From contig BDGG01000008.1 in the NCBI GenBank assembly GCA_001949185.1, forward strand, positions 1,990,788-2,054,787: a stretch of DNA of 64,000 nucleotides, given 5' to 3'. Made by a program: the position numbers and the translations under genes. Positions 1-14,300 of the stretch are shown here, in pieces. Origin of the DNA: Ramazzottius varieornatus (Eukaryota; Animalia; Tardigrada). The notes beneath the pieces are model-generated. The model ran no database searches, had not been told where the DNA came from, and worked only from the letters and a program-made list of their open reading frames with translations. How positions within the stretch are numbered: the first letter of the stretch is position 1; every line of letters begins with the position of its first letter.

Positions 1-469
1 CCAAGAGTGGAATCATGACGGCGTAACGGTACCCGGCGATCTCAAAAATACTCTTGGTCTCCACGAATTTGATCAACAGGGCGATGATGGAATTGGTCAA
101 GCCAGAGAAGAGTCCGAGTAATATGCCGAAGGCGGATTTGATATTTCGGCAGTATTTCCGCTGTGGCTGTGCGTCTGCGTCCGCAAGGCTGCTGTCGCCA
201 TCATCAGGTCCGATGCCTTTGTCATCGGTCTGCGTTGCAGCTTCGAGGAAACTCGTTCGGAAAACAGCTTCGTGTGGAAGGGTGAGAATGAACTGAAGAG
301 GATCAGATGTGAAAGGTTTGTGCGGATGGACTTCAGCGGTCGCTGAAGTCGCGTCCATTGCAAAGGAACTAATGGACGTGAGCTCAAGCGCACATATTCC
401 ATCGTCGTCATCCCCGTTTTCTCCAGCAGCGGGAATGTATGCCGGTGGGTTCACATCCGGGTAAGCCAT
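1..469 (-). CDS. 5' part of an EamA/DMT-superfamily transporter (SLC35G-like); continues beyond the window start
   Basis: Manually translated open frame from ATG 469, missing from the ORF track: MAYPDVNPPAYIP...KSAFGILLGLFSGLTNSIIALLIKFVETKSIFEIAGYRYAVMIPLL. A hydrophilic N-terminus is followed by a typical EamA TM1-TM2 pattern. Confidence 0.7.
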   Translation of the reverse strand, partial: MAYPDVNPPAYIPAAGENGDDDDGICALELTSISSFAMDATSATAEVHPHKPFTSDPLQFILTLPHEAVFRTSFLEAATQTDDKGIGPDDGDSSLADADAQPQRKYCRNIKSAFGILLGLFSGLTNSIIALLIKFVETKSIFEIAGYRYAVMIPLL

Positions 470-1536
470 GTTGGTTGCTACGTCCAACTGTCAGAGGGTT
501 GTGTTACAAGACAGGACAGTTGAAATGTTAGACTGAACCGGAAGGAAGTCTGGTGAGCTACTACCTGTCTTCCATACAAGCAAAGAGAAATATTTCAATG
601 TTTCTGATCATGATATGCGAAGGTCGATTAAATAGATTGGTCGAGGGACATCATATTCCGGTTCGATCACATCGTTAAATCGTTATGCAGACGCGGGCAA
701 AAGACATGTCTGAGTACCGACACATCCGTTGCAGAAAGATTGATGACTTCGGCTGTGATATTCCAGGAGGTCTCAAAAAATGTCTATCCAGCAGACAAGT
801 ACTGTGCCACTGCGTGCGTCTTGAAAACCCCGACATATTGCGCGTGCAATAAAAGACATGACCGAGCTGCTGAAACAACGGATTGCAAGAAGAGCGAAAG
901 TCTGTGAGGAGTTATTTGGTTCAGTGGATCTAAATGTTTGTGACGTACTTTGGGTTCTGATATAATTCCCCCGTTTTCGGACGTAGTAAAAGATTCTGAA
1001 CCAATTGATCGCTGCGAATAATAGAAAGGCGGAGAAACTACCAGGGAACAGGTTAATACATAAGTACGTATGTACTCCCTGATTTTGCAGTAAATTGTGC
1101 TATTTGTGCGCATATATAACTACGTCTGGCTACGCGTCGCGTCTCGCGTATGTTTTCGCGTCAGGCTCAACGCTTCAAGCTTAAGGTATAGCGCTAGCAA
1201 AATCGCTGCCGATGGCCAAGCCGTCGTAGTTCAAGGGCGTTATTGCAACTAAGCTTAAGTTTAATTTATGTCCGATCATCAACCTTGCAGATACTGGTTT
1301 TTTGACAATACACAGTATAATACATATGTCTTCCCCACTGCATACGGTCTGTCCCGTGGTGTTCATCCGTTGGTCAATCTGGTAATCAGCGAACGTAATC
1401 CAACTCGATCCTTGTTCAGCTTGCACAAATTTAATCCGATGTCGCCAAACGTCAACAAAATGTAGTCCACGCGTCGCTTCTCGAGAAAAGTACAATGATT
1501 ATCAGAATGCTCGGCTGACGAAGTTGGACATATGTA

Positions 1537-1708
1537 CACACACGAGGGATAAGTTTGGAACAATAAAAAGTTTGGAACAGGCGATTCCGAAACAGCGGAA
1601 CGGAAGTTCGTACATTTTTTGATAATTCTCTACGGCTGAATTCTTAGTCTACCGTCTTTTCCTCCTATTCCAAACTTTTTACGGTTCTGAACTTTCCCTT
1701 TGTGCGTG
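1537..1708. mobile_element. MITE with CAC..GTG termini and TA flanks
   Basis: Imperfect TIRs ta|cacacacgagggataagtttggaacaataaaaagtttggaa ... ttccaaactttttacggttctgaactttccctttgtgcgtg|ta. Confidence 0.65.
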
Positions 1709-4700
1709 TACGAGTAATCGAGTTTTAATGCGACATGAGACCTCGGAATATGAAGTCGCGGCTAGACTGACTTCCGGGTTCTGTTTGGTGGGTTATTGCC
1801 GGGTTCAGTAGGCTTATTCGGAAGACGGCGGTACCACATCTCCAGACTTCAATATAACTACAGGTGTCTAGGACAATGAAGTAGATTATCTGAAAGGCAA
1901 GATTTGATGAAGCACCAGATCAATGAAGCCAGCATAACATGTGCTTTTAGTGATTACTACTTCAATAGTCGTTTTAGCAAACTGCGGCCGACCTATGCGA
2001 GCTGCTCAGAGTTTTTCCGTCACACGAATGGTCAGGTAGGCTCTGATGTACTGTAGATAGACGCGCAAGCCAGCCTGGATGGCGCACGGACCATCAGGTA
2101 ACTCGTCAACTCGATGACTAACGTCGTCAGATATCAAAAGTACTACGATTACGCCAACGGCCCGGCCGCAAGCGACCATCGGTGCGCAAAGTTTTGATTG
2201 TCTTAGCAGAGGCGGAACGTTTACAGAAGTACCGAACCGCCTCTCAGCAAGAAAGCTGTTTCTGGCGGTCCGTACTCCGAAGCATAGTCGGACTCTGCCG
2301 AACCACCGCCCTCCACCATCTGCTGTCGGGTCTCGCCTGTCTTCACAGACGGGTACAAACATCAATGGAAAGCTCTTACGCCAAAGTTGTTGGATAAATG
2401 AAGGGAACGTGATGGTTCTCCGTGACCCGGGCTGCAAGATCAGGAGGGTTGGGTTTAGGGATGAGAGGCGTAGCTTAGAACTTCTATTTGGTCGCGTAAC
2501 CGCGCAATCTGGCCATGCACCACGAGCGGAAACTCGGTACGCGCGACATTGTAAAGCGTTCATGGTGCATGCCCTAAGGCGCGCTCACAAGTTGGACAGT
2601 CATGCACCACGTATCATTACACAATGCTTTGTTATTCTTAATTTATATATACTGTTATCTGTTGGTTTTTTGTCCGGTCAATTTCTCGGAGATGGCTGAA
2701 CCAAAAAAAGGTAGGAATTTGCAGCCATATAGTACTGATCTCAACAGGATTGGTGACGGAGCGCTTTATCTACTTTTCCTCATTCCGGATTTTTTATAAA
2801 CTCTTTATCAACTTTCATACTTTCTGGCTGTTATGCACAGTCACGAAGCAGTTTTTTTGAGTCAAATCTGTTTCAGTGTCAGGTATCCAGTCTTCCTATC
2901 AGTCCATTGGATACTTCGTTTATACTTGAAAACCTGTTGTGGTAAATGTGACGGAAAAATTAAAAGGAACTGGAATGATGGAAAACAGGCCAAAAGCTTG
3001 CACAGTGGATTCAGTGATATGTACACTTCTGGTAGGATTCTTTCGTACAAATCCATATTTTGGAATGTCACACCAGACTGAATTTTGAAGTAATATTTTA
3101 GTAGTTTGAGACTGAGGTCTGATATTTTATTATTAAAATAATCCGTATCCGTCCATCATCCGTATTAAAATATATTTCAATGAGAGTAACGCTACCGTTG
3201 CTTCGAAAAACCGGTTGATTTGCTGAATTTGGCGCTTGTGCGCTAGTTATGTGGTCTGCGACCACGCCTAGCAAAGTGCATAACATCCCAACGATGGCCC
3301 TACACGCGTGCAGTAGGGCTATCGTGAATGCATACGCTTACATCATGCACCTACATACGGTGTGGCACAGCAACCTGCCATGTCACAGAGTGCAGGATGC
3401 AAGATCTAATACGGGCACTGGTAGTGCAGACGACAGTTTTCTCGTCTATCCTTTTTCGTTATTTGAAAAGTACTATCAGCTTGTCAGCGTCAGGTCAAAC
3501 ATCATACTCTCTTCGGGCGACTATTTAGCAGAGTGTTTTGCTGATGAGGATGGTTATGAGATTGGGTGCCACGACCTGCCGTTGAGTTCTCCAATATCAA
3601 AAAAACTAATTTTAATACCAAACTCACAGGAGTGTTACTATTGTAATATTTTATTAGGTCAGGCGGAGGTTTTACTATAGCAATTCCAAATTAGTAAGAC
3701 TTCGGTGGACGGCCGATGTTTATCTTTATTATATTAGATGTCATTATCCCATACTAGAACATCACTACTACTGTGATATCTGTAGCTTCATCGTTTTGAT
3801 TGATTGATTTGCCATGTCCTGGCGTTCGTGATCGCAATGGTACTTCGATAGTTTCCCGAAGACGCTCTGCCAAAAAAGTCAGCTTTCTTGGCCGATCTTG
3901 ATTCGGGAATCTTCGCGCATGTGAAATGTGTCGACGAAGATTGAGAGGGAACGAAGAGCGGATGTCGGAAAAGCACCACGCTGTCACTCGTTAGGAAAGT
4001 TACGCATAGCAAAGTAAAAATTGGACGTGTTACGTCACGCACAAGACAGGCTGACCCAGTGTACAACCGTGCTTCACCGTACTACAGTGTACGACAAAAT
4101 CAACCGCTAAAAATGGTCGTAACACTCCAGCTGGAGCTTACTTACCCCTCAGCCAATGAGAATTAGGCTTTGCTGTATGCGCAAATTTTATTGGCTTTAG
4201 CCATCTGGGTCCATCCAACACCCATTTTTAACGGTTTATTTTGTCGTACACTGTAACGTCATATTTTCGCCCGCACGACCTGCCAAGTTTCTATTTGGGA
4301 GCATACGAGTATTACGTAAGCAAGGAGCAAGGGGGTGGTGGTATCCCAAATCTTATATGGATTTACACCGCTAGGTGTACCAATCTACATTTACAGCTTC
4401 TCGTAATGAGCGTTGTGAGTAGTTCTTAGGCTGACGTAACTGGCGGTTTTTGAGAAAAAGCGGGGAAGGATACAGTGTTCGAGCGGTTTCAAGCGCGGTT
4501 GCCATGTGTACGAAGAAGTAAGGTTGAGAGAAAGGAAGAACGTCTCATGCTGTATGCGTGACAAGCGGAAGATCGGTTTACTGTTTTGGTTCTGTTCTTC
4601 CCACTCACCCTCCCGTTTTTCTGTTGATGGTTTTTCGGTTTAGCATAATTGACGGTTAAATTATTCCTGTTCGGTGCTGCGATTATTTATGTAGTTCGAG

Positions 4701-7700
4701 ATTAGTGTTGTTAGCGATAGAATCTGTACCGGCGAATTAATAGTTTACACTTTGATGTTAGTTCCCTATCGATAAGTTCTCTCTTGTGTGGCCTTAACGA
4801 TAATTGTGTGGTTTGATGCTGACCTGTGTGGTTAGAAGTTGACCTGTGTGGTTATGCAAAATAAAGAGGGGGTACGACGCGAAATCAGTGTGGTGGAGTA
4901 TTCTGCCCAGCTCAGCCGAGTTCCTGCTCTCAGTTACCCCATACGAGCTCGGATCGTGATAGTTCATGTGTAATCCATCAATGAAGAGAGTAACTGTAAA
5001 CGCCCGTTATATAAAAGCCAGTTGATTGTTTGGATGTGCTTACGGAGAGGGGGTAGGGGGTAGGGGGTACAGGCTCCTAACATCGGATGCTGACGTAATA
5101 CTAGTATGCTCCCTTTTCTATTGGCATCCAGCCATTTGTTAGAAATTTCCATGACATTTCGTGGAAATGTCCCCCTGAAATGTCATCCACAATGTCACAG
5201 GAATACTCTATTCAGTCTGAGCAAGCCATGCTCCACATTACTGGCGAACTTAGCTATGTGCCGGGTTAGGGGTTTCCTAGTTATTGTATTAATAGGGATG
5301 TCTGTAACAAATCAGAAGTAAAACAGGGCTTCGATAGGGGTGCCTGTAGCCAAACGGGCTTTCGCCTATAGCCATTTCCTCATGAAAATATTGATAGAAC
5401 AGACAAGCTGATACGAAACCCAAGCGGCGCAAGTAATTCAGTTAGCGCAGAGGCCTCGATCCACCCACTCCTTGCACTAATCATGTGAGGTTGAGACTCG
5501 TTACGCGAAGCAAGCGGTTTGCGTAACTTCTCCAGAAGGTTTTGCAGAACCTCCCTTCTTTCTCGTGGACCAGTTTGAAACGAGATATCAAATCAAACTA
5601 AATCTTTGTTTAGACTGAGTAATGGAAACAGGAGGTTTCAGTTTCAACTGCTCAAAGCTGAGACCTGTCAGAAACCGCGTATAATTTGGTTAGAATAGTC
5701 ACAGTTGAAGGTGTAGTGGAGATAACAAAGTGGTGTAAGCTACAGTTGGAGCCGGAGAGCTTACTTTGATAGAGTCACAGTCAAGCTGTTAGTCTTATGG
5801 AGAACCAATGAAGACACCATCATCAAATTTACCGAAAAATCTTACGATAAAGACCTCCCGCAAAGCTACTACTGGCTGAGTTCAGGACAAAACTCACGTA
5901 AACCCAAAATCACGTCTGCAAATGTTTTTTTACACCGGAGAAGTTCACCGAACAAGTCATCACAATCTCCGGTGTTCCCATCCAAGAGTTTGGCCAACTC
6001 GAAGCCATCCCAACACAACCCTTCTGGACATCCCCACTGACCCCGATACAGGAGCCCAGAAGCAGTAGCTTAAGGAGCAATAAAATTCATAAAATAACTC
6101 ATCAGCAATAAAATTCCATAACTCCTCATTTTTGCTCCACATTCCACTTTCGCATCTCCTTCCGCATCTAAATTACCACTTCCTGAGGTCTAATCAAAAC
6201 TTAAAACGAACTATCAGGTCGGGTCAGTATGACTCAACGTTTTTTCGAAGTACGACTTCAAAAAATCGTATCTTCGTACAAGATCGGATTTTCGATCAGG
6301 ATTCCTTCTGTGAAATAGGGCACGCTGCGGTCTTCGAGCGCTCGCGTGAAAGTTTCGATTCAGAAACGGTTGTGGTTACCTTCGCTTCTTGAAAATTTTG
6401 ATACCGTCTACAAGAAATCATTTTGCGGCCCACTAAAGCAGTAGGAATCATACAGTAATCAAGCAATAAGAGCCTAAGGGCCGTGCTATCAATTATCAAA
6501 CAGCTGTTTTGTTTCAGTTTGAGAAACCTTGGCTGAGGATATAGCTAGGTTGAAGTTCATTGATCAAGCGAGGAAAAATAGCGAAAAAAGTGTCACCCCG
6601 ATGTACTCGGGGTGACACCTGTTTCGTACGCCGAAAAGTGCGACGTATCGCCCGGTATCTTGCAAAACTGTCTTTAGCTTGTAGCCCATGCTACGTGGTA
6701 CAGCACAGAGACCAGTTTTGCGAAAGAAGTAACTAGATTTGACGTAAAAACATTGCGGACGAGCCCTGGTTAGAAGTAAGCGCCCTTCATGCTTTTCTCT
6801 TTCCATTTCTAATAAAAAATGGGGTCTCTGAGCTCGCTAACGAGACCGTTGCAGCTCAGAGGAACAGGTGGAAATCTGATGCGCCAAGCCATCACTTCCG
6901 CCTTGGTCTCATACACAGACTGTGTCCCACCTCTAGTTGCATCGACGACACCCACCGATGCGTTCAGACGATCCCAAACTGCCCAAATAAAACTATACTC
7001 GTCCCTTATTTCCGCTCATCACGTTATGTTTATTAACCAGATTTACGCGCCAAACGGACTAAAGGTTTTGCGCCAAACAACCGAAAGCCGTTGAAAATTT
7101 CATGGTGCATACGAAAAAGAAAACGAAGGCGTCGGTCAGGGCTGTGTCAGAATGAGCCAAGGTCGTGCTTGTCTTTTGCCACACGCCTTTCAACCTGACT
7201 GATTTTGGTTGATGCGTCAAAAGGCAAGCGACAAAAGCCGCTGACCCCTTGGCTGTTCGGTTTGTTCCCCACCCTGACTGGGGTGGTTGCCCAGACTGAC
7301 AAATTTTACGCTAACTCTCGATCAGCCGAATTTTCTTTTCACTCCACCCAGAAGCTCACATAGCCAACTCTTCCGATCTCGCAGCCTCGGTCTCGAAGAA
7401 CCGGCCATTTGCCCAAAAACTTTACTCACGCCCCAGCTCTTCATAAAGTAGGTTCGCCACACTCTCCGCAAGTCCGCCATCGATGTGGGTCGCATTTCAG
7501 CCCACCTCTTTCGGCGTGATGGCCCCACTAATGCCTCCACTACCGGGGTATCAATACCTTCCTCGAAACGTCAAGGTAACCGAACGACTGACTGCTACCG
7601 TCGCTACTTAGACGAGAAGCACCGCACGTACTGTGGCTACAACTTCGTGAACACGCTTGGTCGATGTCCCCTTTAACCTCGGCCTAACGATACCATTCTC

Positions 7701-8305
7701 GTTCCACTCAGAGTATCGCGGATGGGCGTCCCTACCCATGTCTGCGCTACTCTTCTCTTGAGGTCCCTGGAGCTTTGAAAATGACGCATGTTTACTGCTG
7801 TTGTCATTAGCCTCGCTCAATAGTTCTCCGCACTAGTTTCGCAATAAACCCATACCCCTTGAGTCCTTGGTCACCGGTATTCAACTTGCCGCGAGGTTAG
7901 GAGAAAACCAAGAATCTTACGGTAATTCCATCTTGAGTGAATACTAAATACCTTCGATAGCAGATCGATTAGGAGGGGGCGACAGTTAGTAAGTTGCATC
8001 ATGCGGAGAAAAATTGCCTCGAATCATTTTAAGATCAATAGCACCATTAGACCACTTACAGTAACGCCAAGGTAAGGTGATCATGCACTGATAATGCACC
8101 GTAAAGAGCTGATCAATCACGCAGGCACAATCTCGATGAAGGAAAAAATGGCACTGTTTTACGGGATTAATGCTTTCGTGACTTGAACGGTGGCATTTAA
8201 TTTCTCGATTTATCGATGCCCCTTGCAGTTGGCGTTCTCAGGTTTGCTTTCCTGCATAAAGCTCGAGCCACACCGGTTGTCTTTTTTTTGGTGCGGCCGA
8301 AAACC

Positions 8306-11300
8306 ATGAGACTCACGTTTGTTCTTTATCTTTCCGTCTTGACCCCGAACGGGAGCAACGCTAGTGATAAAGTCCTCACCATCTGCTCCATAATTGAACG
8401 CGGAAGCAGGGTTTTACTGGCTGATTATGACCGGTTGGGGGCTTCGCTGGACTTGGCGATTACCACAGCAAACACGGAAATCCTACCAGACGGCGTCACC
8501 TTTACCTTGGTGTACAAAGACGGCGGGCGTATATGCGCGCCGAAAAGTTCAACCATCGGCCGCATTGTAGAATGGATACAAGAAAACGTGACATGCCACA
8601 TCTACATTGGACCAGGTTTGTCCGTCGCTGCCTTGATTAATATTAACCTCTCGCAACTGTCACAATCATTCAATGCCGCGAAGACGTTGTAAAGATTAGC
8701 GCATGAGCAGAACGCCGTAAGCCAAGTGGCCTGAATTTTTGCGCGGCCTGATACGGATATCCGGTCACTGTACTATGTGATGTCATTGTAGCCATGTGAT
8801 AATAATACAAGGCCTAAAAAATGGGTGTGCACGATATCCGTAGGCTACGGTACTGTGTTTCGCCGTTGGATTGATGATCGGATTTCATCCCGGGCCGGGT
8901 TGCGGTGACCAAACGCGAGATTTATCGAGTTTCAATATCTGGCTTGACGAAAAAACATTAATGAGTAGAAATAGCGGTCGAACTGACACCGCTTAGCGTT
9001 TGGTACTGCACATGCACACGTAAAGCACTAAATCGACCTCTTTTTCGAAGGTTGCAGCGAGGCGGTTCTGGACCTGTATCAAGTGGCCGAGCACAACAAC
9101 ATACCTTTGATTGGCATCCCCGGAGCGCACACGTCATCACGCTCGGGACTCCCGCGATCGACCTTCAAGAACTTAATACGAACCACCTACACGTTTGTTG
9201 GTAAAAGGTCTTAACCTTTCTGAAGCGTCGTTATTCGATCCGAACCCGAACCCGAACCCGAAGACCTTTGACATGTCTGTCTTTCCAGACCTGGGAAAAG
9301 CCGTGAAAACCTTTATGGACAACTTCAACTACACCCACAACACCATAATCATCAACACGGATAGTTATTTCTACGCGGAGATGGGCGACAACTTTCGTAA
9401 TCAATTCCGAAATCAGCATCAGGACGAAAGGAAGAAGACTACGTTCGTCGAGTTTGCCCACGACCAGATGCCAGCTAAGTGGACAGTTCAAGATTTCTAC
9501 GGTCAGCTACTACGGGATGCCAACGAAACATCCAGAGGTTTGTTCACGAAATCATCTCCGGTCACTTGAGTCCATTCCTCTCAATCGGCTCTGTACCAGC
9601 AAAGTTCTTGGTTGCAGTCATTCTTCTGTTCGCAAACGCATCCGTTGTGCGAAATATTATGGTATGTGCACGGGCCTCAATTGTTGGGCGGGACAGAAGT
9701 GTTGGACACCCGTTTATTTAGTCAGCCAGAAGAAAGAATTTTTTGATTCTTTCCCATTAGTTGAATAACTTTAGGAAAGTGCTCCGCACACCACCGAAAA
9801 TCACCATTGTCTCCGCACACCACCTCTCACCACCGGAGTCTGGACGTACCACCTTTCAAAGAACTGCAAAGAACTGCGGAACTGGTTCTTAGACTGTTTC
9901 AATAGTAAAAATATGGGGAGACCTGGTATCAGAGTGGAATATCGAAGCCCGGTTTCTATTACCAGAGAGTTAGCGGTGTTCTAGCAAGTTCAGAGAACAG
10001 GAAGGGCTCATGATCCTAATGATCCCGCTGCTGATAAACACTTCTTGCCACGTGTAATCACGATAGAAAGGTGATCTAACTTTCCTTTCTGAGAGTAAGT
10101 AATGCAAACCAATCTGGCTTAGAAAGGTGCTCGAAGTCCTTGGTGGTGGCACTTAGTTAGAAAGTTGTGTACGGAGTAAACGGTGGTAATGATTTGGAAT
10201 TGAAAGGTGGTATTAGGATACTATGGTGGTGAAAGGAGGTGTGCAGAGCCTTCCCCATAACTTTATGATTTACAGTACACTGTAAGTAGGTGTACGCGTG
10301 TACATCAGTTGAGTCAGTCGAACAAGTAAACGCCGAAAAAAAAACCAGGTGTCCAACAACTGTGTCCCGTCCGGGAACTGGGGTCGCAAGTGTACTGCAT
10401 CCTAAAAGCATTAAATTGAAGTTAATAAGAGTACACCGGGGCATCTGTTCCGTTGACATCTAGGTGACTGCGTATTCTCTCGGAATGGCCAACGGCGAGC
10501 ACGTAAGGAAAAGTCTAGCTATCGATATTTCTCCGAGATGCTCTGATTTAATTGTGTGTATGGGTTTACATTTGCGTCGAGCTGTTCAAGAGCCGAATCT
10601 GGGGTGACTTCACATGGCAGAATGGCGATGAGAGCAACATGGTTCGTCCGACACGTCAAATTATCCAGAAGGAACTTCCGACTAAGAACGATGTATTTGC
10701 AGGAAGCCCGGGAAGCATATCACTCCCTCATCGTTATTGCAATGGCTGAAGTTGTCGGTCCGCAGATGGAAGGGTTCTCAAGAGTTATGCGGCACATAGC
10801 GGCTCGGAAGTACAACTACACTTTCGGCGCTTTCGAACTTGTAAGTCATTTTCCGAGTCTGCGAAAATCAATACACTGGATCACAAAGTGCGAAGCTTTC
10901 ATTTTGTTCGTCGTCTGTCAGATCGATCCGATCAGTTTAGCCTATTACGAAGCAGTCATTCTTTTCGCGCACTCCATCAACAAGATTTCAAACAGCCCGA
11001 ATGCGAATATCTACGACGTGAAGAAACAACTGACCAACATGCGGAACGTCACCATTAAAAGCGAGCTGGGAAGCGACATTGCTATTGGATCCAACGGCGA
11101 CAGGATGGTATTGTACAACATCAAGCAGTTCGTTGACAACTCTAATAACGTAAGATTTACCGTTCTGGAAGAAAGTTGTTAATAACGAGCAAGCCGAGCA
11201 TCCGATGTTCGGTGACCCAGTATTAACACCTGCAACACCATAAGATCGAAACGATCCCAAAAGCACCGTCACTGCGCTGTTGCGAGCTTCGCATTCAGTC

Positions 11301-14300
11301 GATCAGCCTGCTTTTTTTTGCTTTGCCTGGGCAAAATCTTCCTCTATCAGATGAAGATGGATAGCCAGTGCCCAACTGTAGCGAACGACTCCAGCAAATC
11401 GAAGTTTCGGCGGTGGTAGATTGGGCCTCCATGACTTTATGAATATGTATGATTTTTGTCGCTTCATGGACTACTTTCAAAAAAAAGGCAAACGCTGAGA
11501 GTTACCTCCTGTCTCGTATGCCATTGTCAGATTCGGTGGGAATTTTTCCCATACTCAACAGAAAAAATCAAAGTGGCCGAAAATTTCGAAGTGCCGCCGA
11601 AGGGCGTTCCCCCTGCCACTTGGGCTGACTACCACTGCAAATACCATCAGGTTTCGTCGACTGGTGTTCATATATTTACTTCGTGAATTTTGGCTGTCAT
11701 TTTTCGCTCTCATTTTATCTCGAGTTTCACGTTCTCTCTTTCCATCTTGCTCCCTCGTTTTATCCTCAATATATATACATATACTCACGTATTTTGTCGT
11801 CATGCCGCACCTCCAAGAACTTCAGTCCGCTTTCGCAAAGGAAGGGTAAGAACTGCCAGGATTCTGGATTTACAAGCTGTGGTAACAAGTTGATCTCAGA
11901 ATAACCCTTGCTTTTTGTAGGCTTTCTTTCCCAGCTTCGCGTCATATAGCTTCACGTCGTATTAGTAAACTTGGGGAGGTTGTTTGTTCTTCAGTCCTGT
12001 ATTTCCTCGATGAAGTGGTGGATTAAATGATTACCACACATGGTGTCATGCGCCGGTTAGAATGGGGACGTCGCTATTGATCAAGGGGCGGTGGCGCTCG
12101 TTTTTAAACCAGTCAGAAACTCTGGGATCGTTTCGCACCCCATGGCTCAATTTTGACACCAAACACGTGGTGCTGCAGGTGTTAAGCTGGCTTTTTGCAG
12201 CCGGAAACGATTATGCGCATGGATTTCGCCAAATCGAAGTTCATCTGGATGGGCTCGTTCAGTTGGCCGAGTCAGAAGAAACCAGGAAGTTTCGTGTCAC
12301 AATTACCACCAGACGTACCTCCATGTGGGTTTTCCGGCACAGAATGCGCACCAAGTAAAGCGTTCCGACGACTAAGCTCAATGTGACTCTGGTGGTACTC
12401 ATTACCGATTAAATCTAGGCTCGGAATCTCTGAAAACCGTGGCAGCTGTAGGAACGACTGTGCCTTTGATCACCATTTTCGTGGCTCTGGCTGCGCTCTA
12501 TCACGTTTACGGGTTGGTAAAGTTATTCTGCAGTCTCCACAGATTAAGGTCTTTCAGGGTCGAAACCCGGAAGTAAGACTCCCTGACTTGTTATTTTTAC
12601 AGAAAGCTCAAGAAAGATCATGATCCGTACTGGTGGCGCTACTACTCGAACGAGCTGGAGCTTCCTGCAAACAACGTGGCGCCCTCGGCCGTCAGCTTCT
12701 CCAGCTTTAGAAACCGAACGGTCAGCCTTAACTGCCTCGGCGGCTATAACCATCATTGCTTGTCAAAGGTTTTCCTGTCCCAGTGGCCAGGGCACATGAG
12801 CTACAGTGAGCAGGTTGCGTTTCGTTGCATCTGAATTCTGACTGATCGCTACGTCATCGCAGCCGACTGTGTGGTGTACGGTTGATGAGTGGCACTGCCA
12901 CATTACTACCGTGGTTCACCGATCACCTGATCGTGACCTAACAAACTGAGCGCGTGGGACCGTAACCTGTCCACTGTAGCTCGTGTGCCATGGTGTATGG
13001 GACAGGAAAACCTCTGTTGCTTGTAACATGAAACGCACTACAGGCTTCTCTGCTTAGGATACTGGACAAACGATGAGCACGATGGCGCCGTCGATGTCCG
13101 GCTGGACAGCTTGTAACCTCCGTGGTAATCAAGTTTCGGCTCGTACCGTGTCTGCTCAGCAGTGCAAAGTATCTTCGGAGCTGGTGATGGATTTCAACAA
13201 GGGACTCTGATCTCTCTCACTCGGTTCGCTTTCTGTGCCGTCATCCGCAACGGTTATTTTTTAGCTCCGTAACCTTCGCCAGCAGAACCTTCATCGGTTC
13301 ATGGGAATCGCCCTGGATGAGCATAACTGGATAGTGTACGTCATCGCGGAGCATTGTAGCAAAGGTTGCCTGCAAGATATCCTGGAAAAGATTGAGTTCA
13401 AGATGGACTGGAGCTTCAAGTTTGCCTTTATGAAAGATATTGCGGAGGTGCGATCTGTCATTTTCACCACACTATTCTACTGCATCCGATGTTCTTAAGC
13501 TTCGTCATCTTTAGGGTCTGTTCCACCTGCATGCTTCACCGATCGTCTCACACGGCTACCTCACATCCTACAACTGTTCAATAGATGGTCGGTTTGTTGT
13601 TCGGATTTCAGACTGTGGTTTAGCAAAACTTCGAAATCCAACGGAACGCCAGCCGTTTGCCGAGGTGGCCGAAAATCAATCCATCGACCTCGGTTACTTG
13701 CAATGGCGCACACCGGAGCTTCTGCGAACCACGATGTCCGCGAACGGCACACAGGTACATGAAAGCGCACACTCAGTAACTGTTACTGCTGATCAATGGT
13801 CTTTTTCTTGGACAACTGCAGAGAGCCGACATCTATTCGTTCTCCATTCTGATGCAACAAATTATCCTGCGCAGTTCACCATTTTGCCAGGCAAACGTAC
13901 ATGACCAACGCACCCGACAAGAAACCAAAGAACTCCTGTCGGAGGTAGAGCGGGCAAGCCTACATTAACATGCCTGGTGGGTTGATGCTGAGATGAGATC
14001 TTTCAGGTCGCAAAGGGGATAGTTCCTCCAACTCGCCCACCCGTTTCTCGGTCGGCTTGTTCTCCGGAGCTTTACCAGTTGATGGAGGACTGCTGGAGCG
14101 AAGCCCCGCTGGAAAGACCAAGTGCGGCGAAAGTGAGGACAACTTTAAAGAAGATTAGCGGGCGATCCAGCGACAACGTAATCGACCTGTTGCTTCTCCG
14201 GATGGAATCATACTCTAAAGAACTCGAGAGGTATGAACTTTCGCTTGGCAGTAGGCCAGCTACGTTCACCTCACCCCTACCATGATAAATGTTTCCGCTC

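Noticed and set aside
2006-2563. 185-aa minus-strand ORF
   Set aside because: No recognisable domain or splice context; a possible TE relic but unsupported.
9239-9262. (CCGAAC)n run resembling a telomeric repeat or PNPNPNP peptide
   Set aside because: Only about four units inside a short intron; an ordinary microsatellite.
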